A stretch of 45,908 bases of DNA from Prasinococcaceae sp. CCMP 1430 (lineage: Eukaryota; Plantae; Prasinodermophyta): contig RQSC01001001.1 in the NCBI GenBank assembly GCA_013416795.1, positions 1 to 45,908 of the forward strand, given 5' to 3'. The notes beneath the pieces were generated by a model that was not told where the DNA came from, did no database searches, and saw only the letters and a list, made by a program, of their open reading frames with translations. Both the position numbers and the translations under genes were made by a program. How positions within the stretch are numbered: the first letter of the stretch is position 1; every line of letters begins with the position of its first letter. Positions 29,303 through 39,607 of the stretch are shown one piece after another.

Positions 29303-31348
29303 TCATCTGAGACCAAAACTGTGGTGCCCAGCCACCTCGAGTTCCTCGAGGCCATGCCCGTTCACAAACCTCTCCGTGATCTGGCGGCAGCCCCACACCG
29401 CCAGGCGGCGCAGGCGTGGACAGGCCTCAGTGAGCAGCCCCAGTGCGTCCTCGGAGAACTCACGGCACCAGCTCAAATCAAGTGACAGCAGACTGGCGCC
29501 GCATACGTTGCCAAGCGCCTGCAGCGTGGCGTCATCCACCGCTGGAATGGCGTTGAGGCTCAGCTTGCGCAGGTCAGTGAGCTCTCCCAGTGCCCTGCAG
29601 ATGGCGGGCGCGCTCATGTGGCGGCAGCGCGCCAGCGAGAGTTCCTGTAGCCGCTTGCAGCCCGAGGCCACGGCGCGCACGGACTTGTCTGTGAGCTTCT
29701 CGCCGCCATCGAGAGACAGAAATTCGAGGTTGGTACAGCTTGAGCAGACCTTGGCCACCGCAGCGTCCGTGAGCGCCGCGTGGCAGTCTGACACGTCAAG
29801 GGATGTGAGCTGCGTGCCCTTCGCCACCGCAATGTCCATCAGCAGCTTGGCTGTGAGGTTCTCGAGCCCCGCAAGGTTGAGCCTCTCGAGCGCGGGCAGG
29901 CCGTCGATCAGCCCACCGCGCACATCCGCATCCTTGAGCTGGTTGGAATGCGAGAGATCTAGCGAGGTGAGGCTCTCACCCACGCCTGCACAAATCGTGT
30001 CTACACCGTGCCCAGTGAGACGGCACACTGCATTGAGCGCCAACGTGCGCAGACGCGGCGCCGCAGACAGAAGCGAGGCCACGCCGTCGTCCGACATGCG
30101 GTAGGCACCACCGAGCCGGACGGTGTGCAACAGCGGTAGCCCGCCGTGCGCCGCGTACGTCGAGGCGAACGTGGCAGCGACCGAGTCGCTCAGGCCGCGC
30201 CCGCAGTGCTGCAGCTCGAGGCACTCTAGGCGGTCCGCGTCAAGCGCGCACAGCACCTCGCGTAGCTCCGCCTCCTCTATCTGTGCGCAGTCGGGTGCGA
30301 CGAGCTCGCCAGTGTGTGCGCCCCCAAGGAGCGCAAACACTTCAGAGGAGAGCTTGCGGCGCTCGGCCAGTGCTTCCGCGTACCGCCGCCGCACGCTGTC
30401 GGGCACCCCCACGAGGCTGACCACGCAGTCCGCGTGCTTGACGAGCAGCCCCATTGAGATATCAAAGAGCGAGCGAGGGCACGAGCGCGGACGCGCGCGG
30501 TCGGCGGGGGTGCGCGCAGGCGTCCACCGATGCGTTGCAGGAGGCTCCGTGCCGCCAAACTGAGGTGGACCAGAACACAACCACGAGCACAGGAGAGGCG
30601 CGCGCGCTCGCACGAGTGTCAGAGGACTTGCGCGGTGCGGAGCGCCCATGCTCGCACGGAAGCGCGCGGCTCGTACCTTCGCACGCCGCGCGTCCATGCG
30701 TATCTCCTCCTCTCGCGCTTCCTTTCGTGCCTCCTGGTCGGCGGCGATGGCCATCGCTGTGCTCCACGGGCCAGGCCAGTGATGCGGGGCGCCCTGCTCG
30801 CCACCGTCTACCAGATCGCCGTCCGCAGGGTCATCGTCGCCTCCGCTGCCGTCACTGCCCCCTCCATAATTCGCAAAGTGCGCTGCTCTGCTGCGAGCGA
30901 TGTTCAGTGCCTGCCTCCTGCCGCGCGTCGGGGCGCTGGCACCCGCAGCGCCACTGGCCTCGCCGGCGCTTCGGCCCGCACCCCTGCCAGTCCCTGCTTC
31001 CCCGCTCGCGCCTGCGTCTCCGGGGGCCCCGGCGTTGCTAGCCATCATCGCCGAGGCCACTGCGCGGCGCGTCCGCCGCGCTGTCGTCGTTACCGCAGCC
31101 GCCTGCCCAGCCTGTTCAGCTGCGGGCGCGGTCCGTGTCGCGGCATTGGCTTCAGCCTTGAACTCTGCCTCAGTGTCGGCCGGGGCCTCATCGGATGCGT
31201 GCGCGCCCACGCCACCGCGAGCTCGTGTCGACCGTGCTCCGGGTGCGCCAGTCGCTTTCACATTCGCTCGCCGGCTTCCTCGTGTCCGGGTGCCTGCGCG
31301 GTCGCCGTCGCCATCGACCTCCAGGTCCGTATAGTCCGCGTAGCTCAC
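29303..31348 (-). CDS. RAD7: RAD7-like LRR (AMN1/F-box-type repeats) nucleotide excision repair protein; intron 30676-30560; 5' end unresolved (frame open into the poly-G at about 31420-31437)
   Basis: RSRAAHFA and HWPGPWSTA (RAD7-like), PRSLFDISMGLL..SLVGVPDSVRRR, LQHCGR, multiple LxxLxLxxCxxLTD repeats and LDLSWCREFSEDALG..WGCRQIT. Confidence 0.8.
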   Translation of the reverse strand: MSYADYTDLEVDGDGDRAGTRTRGSRRANVKATGAPGARSTRARGGVGAHASDEAPADTEAEFKAEANAATRTAPAAEQAGQAAAVTTTARRTRRAVASAMMASNAGAPGDAGASGEAGTGRGAGRSAGEASGAAGASAPTRGRRQALNIARSRAAHFANYGGGSDGSGGDDDPADGDLVDGGEQGAPHHWPGPWSTAMAIAADQEARKEAREEEIRMDARRAKVRAARFRASMGAPHRASPLTLVRARAPLLCSWLCSGPPQFGGTEPPATHRWTPARTPADRARPRSCPRSLFDISMGLLVKHADCVVSLVGVPDSVRRRYAEALAERRKLSSEVFALLGGAHTGELVAPDCAQIEEAELREVLCALDADRLECLELQHCGRGLSDSVAATFASTYAAHGGLPLLHTVRLGGAYRMSDDGVASLLSAAPRLRTLALNAVCRLTGHGVDTICAGVGESLTSLDLSHSNQLKDADVRGGLIDGLPALERLNLAGLENLTAKLLMDIAVAKGTQLTSLDVSDCHAALTDAAVAKVCSSCTNLEFLSLDGGEKLTDKSVRAVASGCKRLQELSLARCRHMSAPAICRALGELTDLRKLSLNAIPAVDDATLQALGNVCGASLLSLDLSWCREFSEDALGLLTEACPRLRRLAVWGCRQITERFVNGHGLEELEVAGHHSFGLR

Positions 31349-31566
31349 GCGTGCTCGCGTGCTGCGCCGCGGCCGGCCGCTGGCGCTCGGCGGCTCGCCG
31401 CCGCCCCGGTCGTCACCGACCCCCCCCCCCCCCCCCCTTCGCGTGGGCGCTCCCGCCCCCCGCCCCGCGTGTGGTCGCTCCCGCGCGCTTTCGCGCGTGC
31501 GCGCGGGGGTTCCCGGCGGGCTCTCGTGGCGGGCCGAGCCTCGATATAGCGATATCGATCCATAAG

Positions 31567-31589
31567 AACCCTACATATATTACCCTAAA
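31567..31589 (+). promoter_or_regulatory. Telo-box-like pair (AACCCTA, ACCCTAAA) with TATA-like element in a bidirectional RAD7/COQ8 promoter
   Basis: AT-rich island 31540-31600 between divergent genes containing AACCCTAcatatattACCCTAAA. Confidence 0.5.
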
Positions 31590-31654
31590 TACAACCCAAA
31601 GCCGAAGCGCGCCGAGGGGGACGCGCGGCTGCTTGGTGCGGCTGGTGCTGGCGG

Positions 31655-33614
31655 GTGCGCCACACGCCGCGCGCGGAAGCGCGCGGGCGCGGGCGTGGGC
31701 AGGGGGAAAGGTGTGGTGGTGGTGCTGGTGGTGGTGGCACCGCGCTGCGTGCGCCGTGCGACGGCGGTGACCGACCCGCAGAGCGCGCGTCGCGAAGAGG
31801 GCAACCGCCGCCGCCCGAACGGCCATCCGCTGAGGGCGCCGAGGGCGGCGCAACCCGCCCGCCCGCCAACGTCCCAAGCTCGCGTGGCGACAATAGCGGG
31901 GACACATTGGTCATACCAGCATCCGTGCCCGCGTCGGCGTCGGCGTCCGCGTCGACGTCCGATGGAGATGAGCGCTCGCGCCCAACGAAAAGCAGCAGTG
32001 CCGGCGCGGCAGCAGGGCACGGCGCTGCGCCCGCCACGGGCTTCGCTCCCCGCGAGGCGCGCGTGCCCTCCACGCAGATCGGGCGAGCGTTGGGCTTCGC
32101 GCGCCTGGGGCTGGGGCTGATGGGGACTGTCGCCGCCCACACCGCCACCCGTGCGTGGAACGGCCCCTCTGACGAAGAGCGCGCCGCGGCGGAGGCCCAG
32201 AGCGCTGCCACCTCTCCCCCGCCGCCGCCTCTGATCGACTCCGCCTACCTGAGCGAGGCGAGCGCTGAGGCGCTTGCGGCGGGCCTATGCCGCATGCGTG
32301 GCTCGGCGCTCAAGCTCGGGCAGATGCTCAGCATGCAGGGCGACGAGGTCTTACCACCGCAGGTGGCGCGCGCGCTCGCGCGCGTGCGGGCGGGCGCGGA
32401 CACCATGCCGGCCCACCAGCTCCGTGCGCAGCTCGACGCACAGCTGGGCGAGGACTGGCAAGAACGCCTTGTTGATTTCCAAGACAAGCCGATGGCGGCT
32501 GCGTCCATCGGCCAGGTCCACCGCGCGCGCCTGCCACCACCTCTCGCGGAGCGCTATGGATTCGAGGATGTCGCACTGAAGGTGCGTACGCGCGCGCGTG
32601 TGCAGAGGGAGGGAGTGGGGGTGTGGGGTAGGTGGCCTGCGTCTTGTACGTGCGCGTTTGCCTACATGCGCACCTCAGTGCATCTTGTGCGCGGACCTGA
32701 CGCCATTCGCGCCCGAGCAGGTGCAATACCCGGGAGTGGCCGAGAGTATCGACTCAGATGTTGATAATCTGCTCAGACTGGTTCGCATGGCGGCCGTACT
32801 CCCGAAGGGCCTCTACGTTGAGGACGCAGTGACGGTCGCAAAGCGCGAGCTGCGCGAGGAGTGCGACTACACACGCGAGCTATCCTATCAGCTGAAGTTC
32901 CGGGAGATGCTGGCAGCGCGCCCTGTTTCGGGCGTGTCTGTGCCTGCCGCCGTGCCCGAGCTTAGCGCGGGCCAGGTGATTGCCACGCAGCTCGTGCCGG
33001 GCGTGGCACTCGACCGCGTGGCCGAGCTGCCGCGCGCTACGCGCGACAGAGTGGGCGAGCGCATTCTGGAGCTGGCGCTCGCCTCGCTCTTCGAGCTGCG
33101 TACCCTACAGTCGGATCCAAACTGGGGGAACTTCCTGTACGACGATGAGAGCGATACGCTGCACATGATTGACTTCGGCGCGAGCAAGGAGTACGATCAG
33201 ACCTTCGTCGAGGACTACCTTCGGATGGTCTACGCGTGCGCGGAGCGGGACGCGGATGCCGTGCGTGAGCTCTCTATCTCGCTCGGCTTCCTGACGGGCG
33301 ACGAGAGCGCAGCGATGATTCGGACTCACTGCGAGGCCGGCTTCGTCGTCGGCGAGCCCTTCGCGCATGAGGGCATCTACGACTTCGGATCCAGCGATCG
33401 GATGACTACGCGCGTGGCCTCGCTTGGCAAGGGCATGCTGGAGCACCGCCTCACACCGCCCCCAGAGGCCGCCTACTCTCTTCACCGTTCGTTGTCCGGC
33501 GCGTTCCTCGCGTGCATGAAGCTCGGCGCGCGCGTGCCAGCCAGGCGCATGCTGCTCGACACGTACGAGCGCGTGCTTGGCGGCGACGGGAATCGCCTGC
33601 GCGCGACCGCCTGA
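31655..33614 (+). CDS. COQ8: ABC1/COQ8 (UbiB-family atypical kinase, coenzyme Q biosynthesis); exons ..-32581 and 32721-33614; start unresolved
   Basis: ARVPSTQIGR, LCRMRGSALKLGQMLS, PMAAASIGQVH, VALK|VQYPGVAESIDSD, ELREECDY, QSDPNWGNF, IDFGA and PPPEAAYSLHRSLSGAFL. Confidence 0.92.
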
Positions 33615-34170
33615 GAGCGGGCATGCGGGACCATCTGCGCCTGTCGGCTCCGTAGTGTACCACGATGTGACATAGCGATTTGATCAGAGAGAGGCCACTG
33701 GCGGGCGCTGTCTGTCACGCCCGCAGCGCTCTCGCCCCTCGCTCACGGCGCTCGCGTACCCTCGCCGCCGGTCGCCCCGCCCCGGGCGCGACGACGTCCA
33801 CTGCTCCTCGCCTCGCATCTCCTCACCGCCCCAATGCGATTTGATATGTCAGCGCAGGTGGGCGCGACCGCGCGCATGCGATTTGATGGCGCTGCGATTC
33901 GGTGGCGAAAGTCGCGCGCGCGTGCGCCGCGCGCCACTCGTCGCGCCGCCGTGGTCACCACCGCGACCGTGTCGGGGGAGAGTGTGTGTGGTTGGGTGTG
34001 TGTGTGGGGGGAGGCGGGCTGCCGGCCAAGGCGGCGCACGAGGTGGGGAGCGATCGAGGCGCCGCAGCTGAAGGGGGGAGGGACGCCCGACCCGCGGTGC
34101 GGCGCGGCGCACTGCGGCGCGGTCCGGCGCGCTGCGGCGCGGCGGCGGCGGCAGCGCCCTCCGGGCAGCC

Positions 34171-35661
34171 ATGGTGCGCACGGCGCCGCTGCGGAGGCTG
34201 TTGTCGTCTGCCGCCGAGGCGGGCCTCGCCACGACGGAGGGCGCCTCGAATGTCACCCACGGGGCATCGCGCGGCGGTCTCGCTGCGCTGCGCGCAAGGC
34301 TCGCTTCCGAGGACGCCAGCCTTGACGAATTCGTCGGCGGCGGGTCCGAGTACGCACAAAAGGCTCCCAAGCTGCGCGAGCGCCGGCGTGTGAAGATGCC
34401 GGAGTGGCTCAAGCAGGACATCGTGCCCGGCGGCGACGAGTACGTGGGTATCAAGAAGAAGCTGCGCTCTCTCGGCTTGTCGACGGTCTGCGAGGAAGCC
34501 AAGTGCCCCAACATTGGCGAGTGCTGGGGCGGCAAGGGCGGGGCAGCCGCGACGGCGACCATCATGCTCATGGGAGACACTTGCACGCGCGGGTGCCGCT
34601 TCTGCGCGGTAAAGACGTCCAACGCGCCGCCGCCGCTGGACCCTCTCGAGCCAAAGAAGACAGCTGAGGCGGTCGCAGAGTGGGGCATAGGTTATGTCGT
34701 GCTCACGAGCGTCGACCGCGATGACCTGCCCGACCACGGCGCGGGCCACATCGCCGAGACCGTGCGCGAGCTCAAGCGCGCAGCGCCAGAGCTGCTCGTG
34801 GAGGTGCTCGCCCCGGACTTCGGCGGCGACTTAGGGCGCGTCGCACAGGTACGGGGCCGCCGCTGTCTTGGGCTGGCAGTGCACTCGCGCGTGCGTGCCG
34901 ACCGAAATTGCATGCGAGGTGCTTGCAGGAGCTGACCGCGCTGCTCCGTCCCTCTCTTGCCGCCCAAGGTGGCCACCTCTGGCCTCGACGTGCACGCGCA
35001 CAACGTCGAGACTGTCGAGCGCCTTACGCCCGGCGTGCGTGACCGCCGCGCGGGCTACGCACAGACGATGCGCGTGCTCGAGCACGCCAAGGCCGCCGGC
35101 GCGCGTATCACCAAGACATCGATCATGCTCGGCCTCGGCGAGCGACCAGAGGAGATCGAACAAACGCTGCACGACCTGCGCGACGTCGGCTGCGACGTCG
35201 TCACGTTCGGGCAGTACATGCGCCCCACCAAGGTGAGCTTGCGCACCCGCAGCTGCTGCCGTGCGCCCTTGTGCGCCGCTCCCGCGCGTGATCGCGAGAG
35301 GCGCAGCCAGGACGCTGTGACGCGCGACGCATGCTTTCAACCGCGCAGCGGTAGCGCCGGTGCCAGGTTTTCACCCTAACTGTTCCGCACCCCTCCCCGC
35401 GCTTGCTTCCTTGCTTGCTTGTGCGCGCGGCATTTTCTGCCATGTCTCGCGCTCTCTCGCGTGCAGGGCCACCTGCCTGTCGTCGAGTACGTGACGCCTG
35501 AGGCGTTCAACATGTGGACCAAGCTCGCAGAGGATCTAGGCTTCCTGTACGCCGCGGGCGGCCCAATGGTGCGGTCATCGTACCGCGCGGGCGAGTTCTA
35601 CTTGGAGAACCTCCTGAAACGCCAAAAGGAGGCTCAGCAGGCGCTGCGGGTAGGCCAGTGA
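34171..35661 (+). CDS. LIP1: Mitochondrial lipoyl synthase (radical SAM), 378 aa; exons 34171-34848, 34969-35232, 35467-35661
   Basis: [54 protein letters not shown] and GPMVRSSY. N-terminal mitochondrial-like presequence [13 protein letters not shown]. Confidence 0.96.
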
Positions 35662-35907
35662 GGCGCCGTCACAGTCGAGCTGCGCGGCGATGCTCAGCAC
35701 GACACGCGATTCTTAATTTTGGGCCTCATCAGACATGTTGAGGTGTCATGCACATGCGCACCCGTGGTCCCGCGCGGTGTCGCGCGCGAGCGCGTGGTCG
35801 CGCAGGCGCGGTCGTGCTTCGAGGCAGGTGCGCACGGTCCCAAATTGAGAGATCACTTACGTGTCACGACCCCACCGCATTGCCATCCTACGCGCCACCC
35901 CATGCCC

Positions 35908-36495
35908 TCACTTATCCCGGAAGTCGACCGGCGGCAGGTGCTCGAAGCCCGTCCAGTCCTTGGGCACGTCTAGGCCGGTATCTTCCTGCAGGCACTCAAG
36001 GATGGTGGAGGCGGGCAGCATGCCCTCCGTGCGTGTGCTCGCACGGTACTTGTCGGGAGGGACGAAGACCACTGTTGGTAGCTCATCGATCTCCAGGTCG
36101 TCGGCGAGGCGTTTCTCCTCCTCGACGTTCACCTTGACGAAAGTGGTCGCCTTGCCGAGAGCGATTGCCATGCGCTCGACGGTGCGGCCGAGCACCTTGC
36201 ATGGTCCACACCAGTCGGCATAGAAGACGATGACGAGCGGCACCCCTTCTGGCGCGTGCGCGGCCAGGATGGCGGCTTCGAGCTCTTTGGTGTTCACCTT
36301 GGCGACGCGCGCCGAGGGATCGGGGGTAAAGTGTGGCGCGCGCGCAGTGCTGTCGGCGGCGCCGGCCTGCAACGTGCGGCCGGGGGTGGGGCGGCAAGAG
36401 TCGCGCGCACGTCAGCGGCGCGCCCGCGCGCGAATGTGCACGCGCGCGCACATGTGCGCGCGCACACGCACCGTGTTGGCCGCCTTGCGCGCCAT
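35908..36495 (-). CDS. TRXZ: Thioredoxin z (CITRX)-like; exons 36495-36472, 36366-35908
   Basis: PLVIVFYADWCGPC, VKVNVEEE and LPTVVFVPPDKYRASTRTEGMLP, where the RTEG(L/M)xP tail is characteristic of TRX z. Short first exon MARKAANT|GTGCGT. Confidence 0.8.
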
Positions 36496-36723
36496 GCGCG
36501 CGGCTGTCCGCAGCCCGCGCCCGCGCCCGCGCTGCCCGTGCGAGGCCGCCGCCGCCTCCCCTCCGCCGCCGGCGGCGAGGGTTTCAGGAGGGGGCGCGGC
36601 GATGATCAAAATGCACTGAGCGCGCACGGAGCAGACCGCCTGCGGGCGACCGCATGGCAAAGTGCAGTGCGCAAATCGCGCGACGGCGCGACGATGATCA
36701 GAAACAACCCTTTTCAGCGAAGG

Positions 36724-36737
36724 AAAACCCTAAAACC
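36724..36737 (+). promoter_or_regulatory. Telomere-repeat-like motif AAAACCCTAAAACC (telo-box)
   Basis: About 1.75 copies of CCCTAAAA, about 230 nt upstream of the TRX z ATG. Confidence 0.55.
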
Positions 36738-37447
36738 TGGAGTAAGGTAGAACCGAAACCACGTGCGGGCGCCTGCGCGCGAACTGGCCAGTGTGCGCAG
36801 GCACGGGCGGGCTAGTGGGTGCTGCGGAGCTGAATGCTGCGTAGCTCTAGCTAGCGAGAGCGCACTGGCACGACCTCTGCCTTGGCTCGCGGGGCAGCAG
36901 AGGCAATTTCAGGCAAAAAGGACGCAGTCCTAGAGCCTGCAACCTCAGTCGCGGCTCATTGGCCTGCTGCCACTGGTAGTGATTGGATGCTGTGAGCTGT
37001 GCGCGGCATTCGCCTCCCTCTGTGCCGGAGACAGAGTAGCGCCGCAGGCAGCCAGCGGCCCTCGCATAGGATGGTTTCCAAAGTAGTAGCGCTTCGTAAC
37101 ACTAGCCGTATTAAACTGAAAGCAAATCCTTTGTCCCGTCCTTGCACTGCGCACTGCGCACATCACGCGCGCACACCCTCCTCCTGGGCTCGCACTAGCC
37201 AGCCACACTGCGTGCTAAGCTCCCTCGAGTTCGAAAGCGTCCGCAGGGCGACGCTTGGGCACGACGGTAAAACGTGAAGCTTACCCGAGGAAGCCGTAGC
37301 CCTTCAGGGCAATAGCCGTCGGCAGGGACGCGAAGACAGCAGCGAACGGGATGATGAACTAGTGCAGGGGTAAAATTGCGAGGTGTGGGGTAAGAGAGTG
37401 AACCCAAAGGAGGCATCACGGTCGGTAGCAGCGCGCGCGGGTCAGTT

Positions 37448-38324
37448 TCATGCCGCAGCGTGCGCCGGTCCTTCTAACGCCATCTGCCAGTGGTCGCAGT
37501 GAAGAGGATCAGGGCAGCCCTCGCGCGCATGCAGCACGCCGCACTGTACCTTGACGAAGGCTTCGTCGGACATGCCAGTGATGATATCATCACCGAACGC
37601 CTCCGGGTTGTAGATCGGAGCGTACGTGTCAATGTTGCCCTGGTACTTGTCACGGAAGCGGTACACGCCGATGCCCTTGCCCTCGCGACCAGAGGCATCG
37701 ACGGTGCCCTTCTTGTTGAACGGAGACTTGGCAACGTCCTGCAAATACCCCAGGTATCGTGTTCGTCAGCGTGCGCGCATGCGTCGTGCGTACACGTGCA
37801 CATTCACGGGGCGCATCCGCGTGTCAGCTTGCGCATGCGCATGCGCGCTCGCCCGCGCGCATATGTGCATGTGCGCGCGCGCGCGCGCGAGGAGATCCAG
37901 GTGCGCGTTCGCGCGCGGGCGAACGTGTGCACGTCCGCGCGCGCGTGCGCGCGCACTACAACGTGCACATGCTGCTATCCTTGAGGCTCAACCCGAGTCA
38001 CTGTCGAACCACAGCGAAAGATAGCCGCTCTATCGCCGTCAACAGCACGTGTCGACGCGCGAGTGGCATGGCACAAGGGGTTGCACGCACCTGGGTGGAG
38101 AGGTACTTGCTCGGGTCACGGTTGGCACGCGCGACCTTGTTGTCCTGCTTGCCGAAGCCCGGCAGGAGCGGCTCATCTGCGGTACCGATGGGGGCCGGCT
38201 CATCCTTCTTGCCGATGCGCTTCGTCGCCATCGCCACTGGCTGAGCGCGGCGCGTGCGCGCGGCGCCACCGGCGCGCGCTGCGCGGGCGGGCAGCGCGGG
38301 CGCTGAGATCATGAGCGACGCCAT
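37448..38324 (-). CDS. psbR: Photosystem II 10 kDa subunit PsbR precursor; exons 38324-38091 and 37738-(37474/37448), with an apparent frame break near the C-terminal TM helix
   Basis: Transit peptide [20 protein letters not shown]...AMA. PsbR core [34 protein letters not shown]. Intron 38090-37739 is GTGCGT..TTGCAG. Confidence 0.85.
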
Positions 38325-38985
38325 CTCCAGCGGCAGGGCGCTGGCTGTGCCTGCTATGGCGCGACTGCGTCCCGCAGCGGCATACGCTGGGATCCTGCAC
38401 CCACTGGGGCGCGCACAGAAGATCACGCTCGCGCCCCTTATCCCAGTGGCGCGCGTGCCACAGGAGTGCGTGTGCCCGTACGTGTCGTGTGTCCCATGGT
38501 CCGGGCGCATGCGTGCGCGCGCCCGGCGCGCGCCCCCCGCGCCGCGGTCCCATGGGGCGCGCGCACCGCAGTGAATTTGATGGTGGCACGTGCCCCTTCG
38601 TTGGCGTGTGCACGCCGCGCGCCTGCTCGTCCTTGCTTTTGGCATGTCGGGGGCACCCTGCTGCGGCACGCGTGTGCCCTTTCATTCGCTGGCGTGTGCG
38701 GGACACGTGGAATATCAAATCTAAAGCGCGTCGCGAGGAGGGCCGCCCGAATCCGGGATCTCGCCGCCGGAACGCGCCAAATCTGCTGTCGCTCTCGCTT
38801 TCGCCTCGGTGCGGCGGCCGGCGCACCCGCCAGTAGTGACTGCCCGGCGTGTGGCCGACAGGCGCGCGCCAAGCGCGTGCCCCCGGTGCGACAAGCTTGA
38901 CGGGGGAGGGGGGCAAGGAGGCCGCGCGGCCAGCGGGCGCGCCATAGCTCGCGCGCGTCGCGGCACGTCGTGGAAGTGGCGCTCA

Positions 38986-39356
38986 TGACGCCCTCAATGA
39001 GCGCACTGCGGCCGCAGCGCACTGCGCGCTCCAGCGGCGCCGCCTTTGCTCGGGGTGCTGCGCGCGCGCCGCGAGGAGCTCCGCCGGCGCGCCGCACGCC
39101 TGCAGTGGCAGCGACAGCACAAGGCACGCGCAAGGGAGTCAAGAGGGGCACCGCGGCGGCGGGGGGCGTCAAGAGGGGCACGTCCCGCGGCCCGCCGCCT
39201 GCGTCGGCTGCGTCGGTTGTGGCGTCGGCGGCAGCAGGCGGGCGGGCAGAGGAGCAAACGGGCGGGCAGGTGGCACAGGCGCCCGTCGACTATGCTGAGG
39301 GTGCGATGGCACTCTTCATCGGTGCTTTCGCGTGCATGCAGTGCACCCATTGGTAG
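38986..39356 (+). CDS. Small probable plastid-targeted protein with a C-terminal hydrophobic segment
   Basis: Arg/Ala/Ser-rich acid-free N-terminus (MTPSMSALRPQRTARSSGAAFARGAARAPR...) and hydrophobic YAEGAMALFIGAFAC. Divergent from psbR. A possible extra exon follows TG|GTAGGC at 39352. Confidence 0.5.
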
Positions 39357-39607
39357 GCAATGGCAGCGCGTCGGGCATTGGCACATGGGACCCCCCAAAG
39401 CCGGCGACACCGCGCTCTTTTTTGTTGGTGGCAGGCCGCCCTTCCAGCTAGAGGGGCCTTCTGGCCTGAAGAGGTGCTGTGCACCGCACCCACCCCATCT
39501 TGTTTAGGCAGAGGAAGGCGCCACATCGTATGTAACAGTTGTAATTATAATAGCGTTGCGTGACTTGCCGCAGCGTGATGGACCCCCTGGACGTGCCCTG
39601 GAGCGCG

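Noticed and set aside
37351-37400. ATGA...AAAA SECIS-like pattern on the plus strand
   Set aside because: There is no complementary helix II or correctly placed 3' GA, and no upstream TGA-containing ORF on that strand.
36945-37419. Short ORFs between TRX z and psbR
   Set aside because: They lack codon bias and recognisable motifs, and are probably UTR or intergenic sequence.
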